Shown piece after piece: positions 30,128-39,256 of a stretch of 64,000 nt of DNA. Both the position numbers and the translations under genes were made by a program. The stretch comes from a virus. Lineage: Duplodnaviria > Caudoviricetes. How positions within the stretch are numbered: the stretch's first letter is position 1; every line of letters starts with the position of its first letter. The notes below the pieces were generated by a model that was given only the letters and a program-made list of their open reading frames with translations, was not told where the DNA came from and did no database searches. The stretch covers positions 11,741 through 75,740 of the IMG/VR virus record IMGVR_UViG_3300037418_002791; one strand, 5' to 3'.

Positions 30128-30253
30128 GGGAGTCGGTAGCTCAAGTGATAAGCGTGGCCGGTCGCGGAAGATATGCCGCCATACCGCATTGCACGTAATC
30201 CCAGGCAGAGCGCTGGACGCAGAGGTTTCGGTTCGAGCCCGAACCTACTCCCC
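30128..30253 (+). ncRNA. tRNA-like RNA 1 (no anticodon loop, 65-nt D-loop)
   Basis: GAGTCGG/CCTACTC, TA, GCTC..GAGC, G, CTG-GACG-CAG, AGGT, TTCGG-TTCGAGC-CCGAA, CCA. Confidence 0.75.
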
Positions 30254-30324
30254 ATAAACCACCCGGGCCCCGCAGCCGGTTTCTGCGGGAATCACTCAGT
30301 GAGTTAGTCAGGAGAGTCAGTTAG

Positions 30325-30810
30325 ATGGCTGATTGGGAAGAAGTCGAAGTTCCTAAGGGTGCCTACATCGGGTGGGGCAAGGTCGGGCAGACCGTCACCG
30401 GACGCGTCCTCAACTACGAGGTTTCCGGCGGCGAGGATTTCCACGGCAACACCTGCCCGCAGGTCGAGCTGGAATTGCTCGAGCCCGCCGATTCCTACAA
30501 CAAGGACGGCGATCGGATGAGCTATCCGGCCGGCGACCTGGTGGTGGTCACCGCCGGCCTGGTGTCGCTCAAGCGGGCCGTCCGCAAGGCGGACCCGGAG
30601 GTCGGCGACCTGCTCAAGATGGTCTACGCGCGCGACGTGAAGGTCAGCAAGGGCACGGTCAAGGAATTCGAGGTCAAGGTTGCTCGTGGAGGCGGTGCGT
30701 CGGCCAAGGCCGAGACCGCCGCGCCGGCTGACGACATCCCCGAGGGTTTCACCCGCGAGGAGTGGGACGCCATGTCGGAGACGGCGAAGGCGCGTCTGCG
30801 GAAGCTCTGA
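30325..30810 (+). CDS. ssDNA-binding-like protein
   Basis: Beta-rich OB-like body with acidic/flexible tail, in recombination-replication module. Confidence 0.55.
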   Translation: MADWEEVEVPKGAYIGWGKVGQTVTGRVLNYEVSGGEDFHGNTCPQVELELLEPADSYNKDGDRMSYPAGDLVVVTAGLVSLKRAVRKADPEVGDLLKMVYARDVKVSKGTVKEFEVKVARGGGASAKAETAAPADDIPEGFTREEWDAMSETAKARLRKL

Positions 30811-30820
30811 CCCCCAAACT

Positions 30821-30866
30821 CCCCACGTCCCCGGAGCAGGTTCACATCAGGCTCCGGGGCGTGGGG
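30821..30866 (+). terminator. GC-rich hairpin (terminator or processing site)
   Basis: CCCCACG-T-CCCCGGAGC / GCTCCGGGG-CGTGGGG. Confidence 0.6.
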
Positions 30867-30892
30867 GTCCCTCGCCCGCAAAGGAATTCACG

Positions 30893-31996
30893 ATGCATGC
30901 CACCGTGCTGCACACAGATTTGATCGCGGCCGTCTCGGCGGCTGCGACCGCGCTGCCCTCGCGCCCACCGCATCCGGTGCTGGGCGGCATGCTGCTCGAA
31001 CAGTCGCACGTCGAACTGAAGATCAGCGCCTACGACTACGAGACCTCGGCGTCGGCCCGCATCAATGCCGAGGGCGGCGACAGCACAGGCGTGGTCGTCT
31101 CCGGTCGCCTGCTCGCCCAGGTCGCCAAGCTGCTGCCCAAGAAGCCGGTCGAATTGACCGCGCGAGACGGCGAACTGCTCGTCGAGGCCGGCCGATCGAG
31201 GTTCACGCTTCCGCTGATGGAGGCGGGCGACTTCCCGAAGATGCCGGAGATCGAGGGGTTCGACGGCATCGCCACCGGCCCGGACTTCGCCGCCGCGGTG
31301 GCCTACGCCGATGCCGCCGCGCTGAAAGATCTCGCTCTCGCGGCCAAGCAGAACCTCACCGGGATTCTGCTGGAGAACGATTCGGATAGCGCGATGCTCA
31401 ACGTCGTCGCCACCGATAGCCACCGAATCCATTGGGCCAAAGCTGGATTCAAGGCCATCGACACCCCCTCGGCGGTTGGCGTGCTGGTTCCGTCCAAGGT
31501 GCTCGCCTCGGTTGCCGGTGCGATGGCCTCGGACTCCGACGGAGTGTTTCTGTCGCTGCGTCAGCTGTTCGGCATCTCGGGCAACGGCATGCAGCGCACC
31601 TCGGCGACGATCGACCAGAAGTTCCCGCCGTACCGCAAGGTGTTCGACAAGACGGCCGTCGGCACGCTCGACGTCAACAGCATCGAACTGATCGATGCCC
31701 TGCGCCGGACTTCGGCACTGCACGCGACCAAGCATGTGGTGATCGAGCCGACCGACGACGACACGGTGCGGATCTCGACCAACGACGCCTCCGACGGCGG
31801 CGCGATCGAAGAGATCGACGTGGAGATGGCCGGCGACCCGCCGACTCTCGTCATAAACGGAGCGTTCCTGGCCGACGCCATCGCCGGCGTGAAGCAGGAA
31901 ACGATCACCCTCACTCTGACCGGTGAAGTCTCACCGGTCTTCGGAAACCTCGACGGCACAACGAAATTCGCCGTCATGCCGGTAAGGACACAGTGA
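30893..31996 (+). CDS. dnaN: DNA polymerase III beta sliding clamp-like protein
   Basis: 367 aa; HPVLGGMLL, AYDYETS, VATDSHRI, KFPPYRKVF, VMPVR. Confidence 0.9.
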   Translation: MHATVLHTDLIAAVSAAATALPSRPPHPVLGGMLLEQSHVELKISAYDYETSASARINAEGGDSTGVVVSGRLLAQVAKLLPKKPVELTARDGELLVEAGRSRFTLPLMEAGDFPKMPEIEGFDGIATGPDFAAAVAYADAAALKDLALAAKQNLTGILLENDSDSAMLNVVATDSHRIHWAKAGFKAIDTPSAVGVLVPSKVLASVAGAMASDSDGVFLSLRQLFGISGNGMQRTSATIDQKFPPYRKVFDKTAVGTLDVNSIELIDALRRTSALHATKHVVIEPTDDDTVRISTNDASDGGAIEEIDVEMAGDPPTLVINGAFLADAIAGVKQETITLTLTGEVSPVFGNLDGTTKFAVMPVRTQ

Positions 31997-32388
31997 ACAT
32001 GACCATGATCAAAGACATTCCGATGACCGATCTCGTCGCCGAGATCCGGCGCATCGCGGCCGAGAGCCCGAACTATGTGTACCAGCAGGTTCAGCGTGAC
32101 GGTCGGTCGGCATGCGAATACGTGGAGTATGCGGGCGATCAGCTGATCGGTTCATGCATCGTCGGCCGCGCGTTGGTGAACCTGGGCGTAGACCCTGCGT
32201 CGCTGACCTTCTCGAACGACTTCACCCCGACGGCCTGGGGACTGCTGCGCGACGCGGGTCACAACTCGTTGGCCGGCGAGATCGACTGGATTCAGTCGGT
32301 CCAGGCCGGTCAGGACCAGGGCTGGGCGTGGGGCGAGGCCGTCCAGCATGCCGACGTCCGTCACCCCGAAGTGCGACAGGAGGCGTGA
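31993..32388 (+). CDS. Hypothetical protein, paralog family A
   Basis: CEYVEY.GDQLIGSCIVGRALVNLGVDP...QD.G..WGEAV..AD. Confidence 0.85.
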   Translation: MNMTMIKDIPMTDLVAEIRRIAAESPNYVYQQVQRDGRSACEYVEYAGDQLIGSCIVGRALVNLGVDPASLTFSNDFTPTAWGLLRDAGHNSLAGEIDWIQSVQAGQDQGWAWGEAVQHADVRHPEVRQEA

Positions 32389-32392
32389 AGCC

Positions 32393-32758
32393 ATGACCGC
32401 CATCAAAGACGTTCCGCTGAACGATATCGTCACCGAGATTCGCCGACTCGCGGCCGAGAGTCCGGACTATGTGTACGAGCGACCGGGCCAATCCTGCGTG
32501 TATGTCGAGTACATCGGCGACGAACTGATCGGCTCGTGCATCGTCGGCAAGGCGCTGGTCAATCTGGGCGTGAATCCGGCGGATCTGCTGTTCGAGGAAA
32601 TCCCGGGCGCGTATAACTTGCTCCGAAATCCGGTCAAGATGGCCCCGGAGCAGGTGTGGTGGATCGACACGGTTCAGGGTGCGCAGGACGACGGCACCCC
32701 GTGGGCCGAATCGGTCGCTGCTGCCGACGAAACACACCCCCTCGAGGCGCGGTCATGA
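32393..32758 (+). CDS. Hypothetical protein, paralog family A (tandem duplicate)
   Basis: CVYVEY.GDELIGSCIVGKALVNLGVNP. Confidence 0.85.
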   Translation: MTAIKDVPLNDIVTEIRRLAAESPDYVYERPGQSCVYVEYIGDELIGSCIVGKALVNLGVNPADLLFEEIPGAYNLLRNPVKMAPEQVWWIDTVQGAQDDGTPWAESVAAADETHPLEARS

Positions 32759-33147
32759 CCTACGGACCTGCCGCGGGCAACGACGAACTCGCCCGCCTGC
32801 TGGATCGCGCTGCGATCATCGTCGACCGGATGCCGCTGTTGGCGCAGGGCGCCTACGAACTTGAGGCGCGCACGATCGGCGGCGCTCCCGAGGACGGCCG
32901 CACCTGCTACTGCACCGTCGGCGCTATTCAGGCCGCCATCCCGACCTGGGGGCAGCGGCGCAAACAGGCGTACGCAGCGGTGTGCCGTCACCTCGCCGAC
33001 CATCCGGATCTTCCTGCCCGCTACGGCGACGCGGATAGCGATGTCGCCCTGATGAACTGGAACGACGAGACGCGCCGCACGAAAGATGAAGTGGCGCAAG
33101 CGTTCCGGGGTGCAGCTGAGATGCTGCGGGCGGAGGTCGAGGCATGA
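32755..33147 (+). CDS. Hypothetical protein, paralog family B (DUF6197-like)
   Basis: CYCTVGA...WND..RTK.EV...FR.AA. Confidence 0.8.
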   Translation: MTYGPAAGNDELARLLDRAAIIVDRMPLLAQGAYELEARTIGGAPEDGRTCYCTVGAIQAAIPTWGQRRKQAYAAVCRHLADHPDLPARYGDADSDVALMNWNDETRRTKDEVAQAFRGAAEMLRAEVEA

Positions 33148-33548
33148 CGGAAATCAAGGCCGAGATCACCGCCGACATCCTGGAACGCGCCGCTGACCTG
33201 ATCGAACGGGCACCGAAGCTGCTCAAAGGGCTGTTCTTCTCTTACGACGGCTGGATCGACGAGAACGGGCACGAAGACATCCAGTTCGAGATGACCGACG
33301 AGCAGCGCGGCGCACAGTGCTACTGCACGATGGGCGCGGTCAAGAAGCTGACCGTGCTCGACCGGGAGCCGGCGGTGGCGCTGGCCACCTACCTCGGCCT
33401 GCCGTACGTCAGCTACAGCGGCACCTACAGCAATGCGGCGAGCGCGGTCTACGCCTGGAACGATCGCCCGGAGCGCACGAAAGAAGAAGTCGTGCAGGCG
33501 CTTCGGGGCGCGGCTCAGCAGGTTCGAGACGGGCTGATCGAAGTATGA
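33144..33548 (+). CDS. Hypothetical protein, paralog family B (DUF6197-like)
   Basis: CYCTMGA...WND.PERTK.EV..ALR.AA. Confidence 0.8.
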   Translation: MTEIKAEITADILERAADLIERAPKLLKGLFFSYDGWIDENGHEDIQFEMTDEQRGAQCYCTMGAVKKLTVLDREPAVALATYLGLPYVSYSGTYSNAASAVYAWNDRPERTKEEVVQALRGAAQQVRDGLIEV

Positions 33549-33882
33549 GCAGGCGATCGACCCGAGAGATTCTGCTCGAAATCCTCAGCGAGCATCGACT
33601 CATCGGCCGGCGGTGTCTGTCGTGCGAGTGTGATCACTCGCTGGAGTTTATGACCGAGTACGACCACGCCGAGCACGTTGCCGACGAGATCGAACGCGAA
33701 CTCGTGGTCGATCTCTGGTGACCGCGCCATTCCTCGGCGACGACTTCTGGGATGCCATTTTCGATCTGATCGAGAAGTACGACATCCCGGTCACCAACAA
33801 CATGCTGCGAGATGGCATGCGCCACGTCGCCGACTTCGGCGAAGACGTGGCCGCGATTCTGTCCACTCTCCAGCGCTGACAT

Positions 33883-34001
33883 GGCGTGGTAGCTCAACGA
33901 CAGAGCGCTGTGAAATCTCAGACGACACACGCACGTCCAGTGCCGCTGTGGTTCGTGAGGCGAATCCAGTAGACCCCGGTTCGACTCCGGGCCACGCCCC
34001 A
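33883..34001 (+). ncRNA. tRNA-like RNA 2 (anticodon arm replaced by a 56-nt insert)
   Basis: GGCGTGG/CCACGCC, TA, GCTC-AACGACA-GAGC, G, CTG..CAG, TAGAC, CCCGG-TTCGACT-CCGGG, CCA. Confidence 0.8.
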
Positions 34002-34013
34002 TCTCTTCTCAAA

Positions 34014-34055
34014 CCCACGCCGAGGCGGATTCGTTTGCGACGACCTCGGCGTGGG
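34014..34055 (+). other. Perfect 12-bp hairpin after tRNA-like RNA 2
   Basis: CCCACGCCGAGG / CCTCGGCGTGGG. Confidence 0.75.
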
Positions 34056-34071
34056 CGAAAGGACTATAGCA

Positions 34072-34320
34072 ATGCCCATCCCTGGCGACCTGCGCATCTG
34101 GTACATCCCGCAGATTCCGATGAAGGCGTATCACCGCGACATCACCAGCGTGGAAGAGGGGCGCAACCTGCTCGACGCCATCTATGAGCTGGCCCTGTTC
34201 GAGCTGGAGCACCGAGTCAAGCCCGACTACTCCAACGCCGGCGGGATCGAGCGCTGGGAGGAAGACGGCGAGGGCGGCTACGCCTGGTCCGAGGTCGATG
34301 AAGACGAAATGGACTGGTGA
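34072..34320 (+). CDS. P22 gp17-like (superinfection exclusion gp17 family) protein
   Basis: LRIWYIPQIPMK...LF....VKPDYSNAGG motif as I recall for that family. Confidence 0.7.
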   Translation: MPIPGDLRIWYIPQIPMKAYHRDITSVEEGRNLLDAIYELALFELEHRVKPDYSNAGGIERWEEDGEGGYAWSEVDEDEMDW

Positions 34321-34326
34321 AGCGCT

Positions 34327-35508
34327 GTGAAGATCGGCGCATTGTTCTCCGGCTCCGGACAACTCGAAATCGCTGTGTCGCAGATGTTCCCGGACTCCGA
34401 GATCGTCTGGCACAGCGAGATCGAGCCCGCGGCCTGCACCGTGCTGCAGCACCGTTTCCCTGGCGTGCCCAACCTCGGCGACATCTCCGAAGTCGACTGG
34501 GCCGCAGTCGAACCCATCGACATTCTGTGTGGCGGATTCCCGTGCACCGACGTGTCCACGGCCGGTCAGCGCGCCGGCCTGACCCACGACACCCGCTCGG
34601 GTCTGTGGTTCCAGATGGCCAAGGCCGTCGAAGTTCTACGGCCGCGATTCGTATTCATCGAGAACGTGAAAGGTCTATTGAGTGCGAAAGCCATTCGCAA
34701 CCTGGAATCCGGAGACGATGCTCTGGGAGTCACCGGAGATGAACCTCTTCTCCGAGCAATCGGAGCCGTATGCGGAGACCTGGCCGACCGCGGGTATGAC
34801 ACGCAGTGGACGAGCCTACGAGCTTCCGACGTGGGCGCCGCACATCGACGTGAGCGGGTCTTCATCCTCGCCCACCGTGCTGCCGACACCCCGGGCGGCC
34901 GACTCGAAGGGGTCGATGACGGCACCGGCGGCGCGACGGCACGTGATGGATGGCAACGGGTCATTGCCGGAAGTCCTGGGAGTGCGGCTGTAGATCTGCT
35001 GCCGACACCGTGCGTGGCCGACGATGAAGGTGGCCGCGCGACTCGCTCGGGTGAACGCTCGAACGAACTGCTGCTCAACGGGATTGCCCGCGCGACGGCC
35101 AGCGGCACGCTGCACACCGAGGTGGAACTGCTGCCGACGCCCTCGGCATCCGAAGGCACTGGCGGCGGGCAACATCCGGACAAGCGGGTCGGGCACACGC
35201 ATCAGCTGATCGATTACGCGCTGATGCACGGCACGCCGCGGTGGGGCATCTACGAGGCCGCCATCCGTCGGCAGGAGTCGGTCACGCATCCGGCGCCATC
35301 ACCGACTGAGCCGACCGTCAAAGGCAATCTGCGGCTGTCGGCGAAGTTCAGCGAATGGTTGATGATGTGGCCGCCCGGCTGGGTCACCGATCCCGAGTTG
35401 AAACTCTCGCGCAACGCCCAACTCAAGCTTGTCGGCAACGGCGTTGTGCCGCACCAGGCGATTGCCGCATTCACCTATCTGTTCACCCTCATCGACAAGG
35501 GGCCGTAG
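34327..35508 (+). CDS. C5-cytosine DNA methyltransferase
   Basis: LFSG.G, GGFPC, ENV, R.R.F, GNGV motifs; LLPTP repeats in variable region. Confidence 0.95.
   Translation: MKIGALFSGSGQLEIAVSQMFPDSEIVWHSEIEPAACTVLQHRFPGVPNLGDISEVDWAAVEPIDILCGGFPCTDVSTAGQRAGLTHDTRSGLWFQMAKAVEVLRPRFVFIENVKGLLSAKAIRNLESGDDALGVTGDEPLLRAIGAVCGDLADRGYDTQWTSLRASDVGAAHRRERVFILAHRAADTPGGRLEGVDDGTGGATARDGWQRVIAGSPGSAAVDLLPTPCVADDEGGRATRSGERSNELLLNGIARATASGTLHTEVELLPTPSASEGTGGGQHPDKRVGHTHQLIDYALMHGTPRWGIYEAAIRRQESVTHPAPSPTEPTVKGNLRLSAKFSEWLMMWPPGWVTDPELKLSRNAQLKLVGNGVVPHQAIAAFTYLFTLIDKGP
34682..34993 (+). CDS. Alternative-frame ORF nested in the methylase gene
   Basis: GAAAGG 8 nt before GTG; WP..GMTRSG.AY.LPT and LPTP.A.D motif like methylase variable-region repeats. 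Confidence 0.55.
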   Translation: MRKPFATWNPETMLWESPEMNLFSEQSEPYAETWPTAGMTRSGRAYELPTWAPHIDVSGSSSSPTVLPTPRAADSKGSMTAPAARRHVMDGNGSLPEVLGVRL

Positions 35509-35510
35509 GA

Positions 35511-36071
35511 ATGGAACGAGCGGAGCATTGGCGTCCCGTGGTCGGCTACGAGAATACCTATGAAGTGTCAGACCGAGGGCGAGTTCGGTCGCTTGATCGG
35601 TTGTCGTTCGGGGGAACTAATCGGCGCATCCAGGGTCGGATACTTACGCCGTGGGTTGCGAAAGGGTATGGTTATTACAGCGTTTCGCTATTCGGCGAGG
35701 ATGGCCGAAAGAATCGAACGATCCACTCCCTAGTCGCCGAAGCTTTCATCGGCCCGAGACCCGAGGGAATGGAAGTCTGCCATGGCCCTGCGGGTGCTGG
35801 CGATAATAGTCCGGCGAACCTGAGGTACGGCACTAGATCGTCCAATTTGCTGGATCGAACCAGAGATGGCACGAACAAATTCGCCAATAGGACTCACTGT
35901 CCTCGGGAACATCTTCTGGTTGAGCCGAATCTGATGCCCTCGCAACTGAAGAGGGGGCGTCGATCATGCCTGGCCTGCAGCCGTGCCCGCGCGCTTGTCG
36001 CGTGGAAGCGTGATGTCGATTTTCGCGAAGAGGCTGACCGGTATTACCGATCAATAATGGAGCAGCAATGA
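35511..36071 (+). CDS. NUMOD4-HNH homing endonuclease
   Basis: WRPVVGYENTYEVSDRGRVRS, HSLVAEAF.G, CH....DN...NL.Y; visibly lower GC. Confidence 0.9.
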   Translation: MERAEHWRPVVGYENTYEVSDRGRVRSLDRLSFGGTNRRIQGRILTPWVAKGYGYYSVSLFGEDGRKNRTIHSLVAEAFIGPRPEGMEVCHGPAGAGDNSPANLRYGTRSSNLLDRTRDGTNKFANRTHCPREHLLVEPNLMPSQLKRGRRSCLACSRARALVAWKRDVDFREEADRYYRSIMEQQ

Positions 36072-39000
36072 CATCCATGTGGTTCACATTCATCCAATTT
36101 CTCGACGCGCTGAACGGCCGGCTGTTCACGTCGCTGCGCCTGCGCGTCTACTACGAGGATCTGTGCGCACAGCGGGCGGCGCGATGAGCGTCCACCCCGC
36201 GGCGATTTCAGCGGCGATCGAGCATCTGGACTTCGAGCCGGCGTGCGACATCTGCGAGGACGCACCCGCGATGTACATCGTCGATTATCACGGATGCGCC
36301 GAGATCGCGTTCTGCGCCGAGTGTTGGGACCGGGAACTGAAGGCGGTCATCGAGAAATTCTCGAAGCCGATACGGACCCGCTGTGCGGTGTGCCTGGTGT
36401 CGATGCCGAATGTCGCGGCCTATCTGAAAGTCGTGGGCCTGCTGTGACGATGAAGATGTTCAACGGCGACGTCTACGAACTGACCGGTAGATCCTGGTCG
36501 AACATCCGGAGCGTCCCGGTTGGAGCGCTGTTCGCCCCGTACTTCGACGACCTGGTGCATCCGATGAAGCGCACGGCCTACCGGATGCTCGAGCACGGCG
36601 TCTGCGTCGACCAGGAAGACGACGAGCACCTGTCCTCTCTCACCTTGCACGACTGGTGGTGCTGGGTCGGGGAGTACGTCGAGGTGACGCCGGTATGACC
36701 GTGCGGATCGTCAAGGCCACCCAGACGCAGTGGGCGCTCCCGTCGCGCTGGGAGGCGGTCACCGACGACGGCCGAGAGCTGTTGCTGCGCTTCCGATATG
36801 GCCGCGGGACCGCCCGGGTGATTGGTGAAGAACCGATCGCCACCTTCTACACCGGCGACCGCTACGACGGCTGTATCGATCTGCAGACCTTCTGCGACCT
36901 GGCGGGCCTCGAACTGGCCGTCGGCGACGACTACGTGCCGATGACCGACCCGAACGAAGGCTACGACTTCGAGGAAGAGATCGCCTTCCTCGACTACCTC
37001 ATCGAAAAGACGAAAAGGACTGACTGATGGGACTTTTCAGTTCCCCGGTTTTGATTCGGATCAAGACCGAATCCGGAGAAATCATCTCGGAGCGGCTGAT
37101 ACCCGGCGGAGAGACGTTCACCATCACGCTTCCGGACCAGTTCGCCGAGGACTACTACGTGGCGAGGTCGCGATGACCGGCCTCATCGAAAAGACGAAGG
37201 GAAAACAACAGTGACTCAGCGCAATTGGCCTCTGCTGATCGAGACCATGCAATTCATCCTCGATCACCCCGAGCAGTGGGACCAGTCGGTGTGGTCGAAC
37301 ACCTGCGGGACGGCGTACTGCTTCGCCGGCCACGCATCCATCCTCGCCGGCAGCAGGCAGCTGCAGGGCAAGGACTATTACGAGGATTCCAATAGCACGG
37401 AATGGCTCGAACTCGTGGTCCCGCCGCCGGAACTCTGGGCGAAGCTCGGCAATCGGGGGTGGGCGACCGGAACCGTGACGGGTGAAGACGCATGGGCGAT
37501 GTCCGATGTGGCTCAGGCGGCGCTGGGCATCGATCGCTGCGAAGACGACGACTTGTTCGACTCGGAAAACAGCCTCGGCGACCTGCTGCACATCCTCCGA
37601 GAGTGGGCCACCGCAGACGGCGTGGAATTGCCGGAATCCTGGCCGACCAATGAGCCTCTGCGGAATCTCCACGAATGGGGAAGTTCGGTCGATGAGTACT
37701 GAGCACGACCCGGTGAAGGCGCCGGCCTACTACCTGTTCCCGAACGGCGTGCAGCTGCGCGCGATCACCAGCCACCTCACCGGCAACGGCGCGCAGGGCG
37801 TCCAATACATCACTCGTGCAACGCGATTGGACGGCAACAACAAGGGCCTGACGACCGAGGATCTGGTTCAGGATCTCGAAAAGGCCGTGGAATTCGTGGT
37901 GGAGGAAATTCGCCGCCTGCGCGAGAACAAAGCGGCGCGTGACGCAGCCATGGCGGAAGTCGAGGCGGCATACGAAGAAATGGCCGTCGAGCACGCCGCC
38001 GTTCACAACCACGGTCCGGGCGAACAACTCGGCCTGGAGTGCCCGGAGAGGCGCATGCCCGATGGCAGTCTGCGCGGGTTCTGTGTCGGATGGGGGACGT
38101 AGCCGTGGCGCTGCATTTCGATCTGTGTATCAACGATGTCGCGATCGGCTACTTCGAGGCGGTGCGCATCGCCGGCGGGACCGACCCCGACGATCTGAAC
38201 ACCTACCGGATACGCCTGCGCGGCGACTTCGGCGCGTGGGACGGCGAAGTCCAGCACCGCTACGGCGACCGTGCCTGGGAACTGGTGCGAAAGGTGTTGC
38301 AGGCCAAGCGGTCCGACGACGACGGCACCGGCTTGGACGATCTCGAAGACCTCGCGGATGTCATGGCTCGGTCCACCGATCGACAGGCGCGCGACGAGGG
38401 CGGCGCGGACTGGCTGCAGACGGCTGCCGATGTCATGAAGGCGGGGTGGCACCGATGACGCCGGAGCAATTCGCGTACGCGCAGTCTGAGCGCGTCGCAT
38501 GGATTCGGGAGGCCGGCGAACGGCTGAGCCCGCACTACAGCGCCATGATCGGGCGCCTACACGAGGTCAAGATGGCGCTGTATTTCCCCGACAGCCGCCT
38601 GTCTTGGATTCTCCCCGCGGCGGAGTGGGCGGACGCACCTGCGGGCGCGATGCCCGTGACGTTCGCTGACCTGCCGGTGACCTTCGCCGACGTTCCCGCA
38701 CCCATGCTCGCGATCGACTGCAGGAGGGACTGATGAGCATCAAGAACTATTGGGCGGCTGATCTCGATTGCGGGTGTCGCGTACACCTCGACTACGGCGA
38801 GTACTGCGGCGATGTCGTAGTCGAGGGTGGCCGGATCGTCTCGGCGTGTGCCATGCACGGTATCGGTCAGAGCATCGCCGAGCTGAAGTGCACGGAGGAT
38901 GCGCTGTGACACTCAAAACCTGCCCCGTCCTGCTGGCTTGGGAGCGCGATTTCAGCGAACTCGTCGCCGAAACCTACGGCCGGCCATATCGACTGCAGCA

Positions 39001-39253
39001 ACAGGGCGACATGCTCGGGCAAGACAGCATGATTGAGTTCAGTGCGCCGACTGAGCAGATCTGGGACGAGGACGAATATCTCGGCGTGACATTCGCCGAG
39101 TGGCTGGCGGCCGAGCCTCCAGCGCCGGGTGATTGGCGCGAAGAAATGCGGTGGCACCGCGAGTTCTATCCGCCGATCGAGCGCGTGGTGAACGACCTGC
39201 ACGCCCGCGGTCTGCTCGCGGCCGGTGACTACGTGCTGCATGTGTGGTGGTGA
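36068..39253 (+). CDS. Run of about ten small, tightly overlapping hypothetical ORFs
   Basis: Successive ATGA/GTGA overlaps; includes 37211-37702 (HPE.WDQ..W...CGTA.CFAG family). Confidence 0.7.
37692..38102 (+). CDS. DUF3310-like protein
   Basis: DPV..P.YY...GN...Y..RA...K...DL.KA..F...EI. Confidence 0.7.
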   Translation: MSTEHDPVKAPAYYLFPNGVQLRAITSHLTGNGAQGVQYITRATRLDGNNKGLTTEDLVQDLEKAVEFVVEEIRRLRENKAARDAAMAEVEAAYEEMAVEHAAVHNHGPGEQLGLECPERRMPDGSLRGFCVGWGT

Positions 39254-39256
39254 CCG

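Noticed and set aside
30128-34001. Calling the two tRNA-like elements functional decoding tRNAs or intron-containing tRNAs
   Set aside because: No 5-bp stem with 7-nt anticodon loop can be drawn; inserts are too short for group I/II introns and removing them does not rebuild a canonical arm
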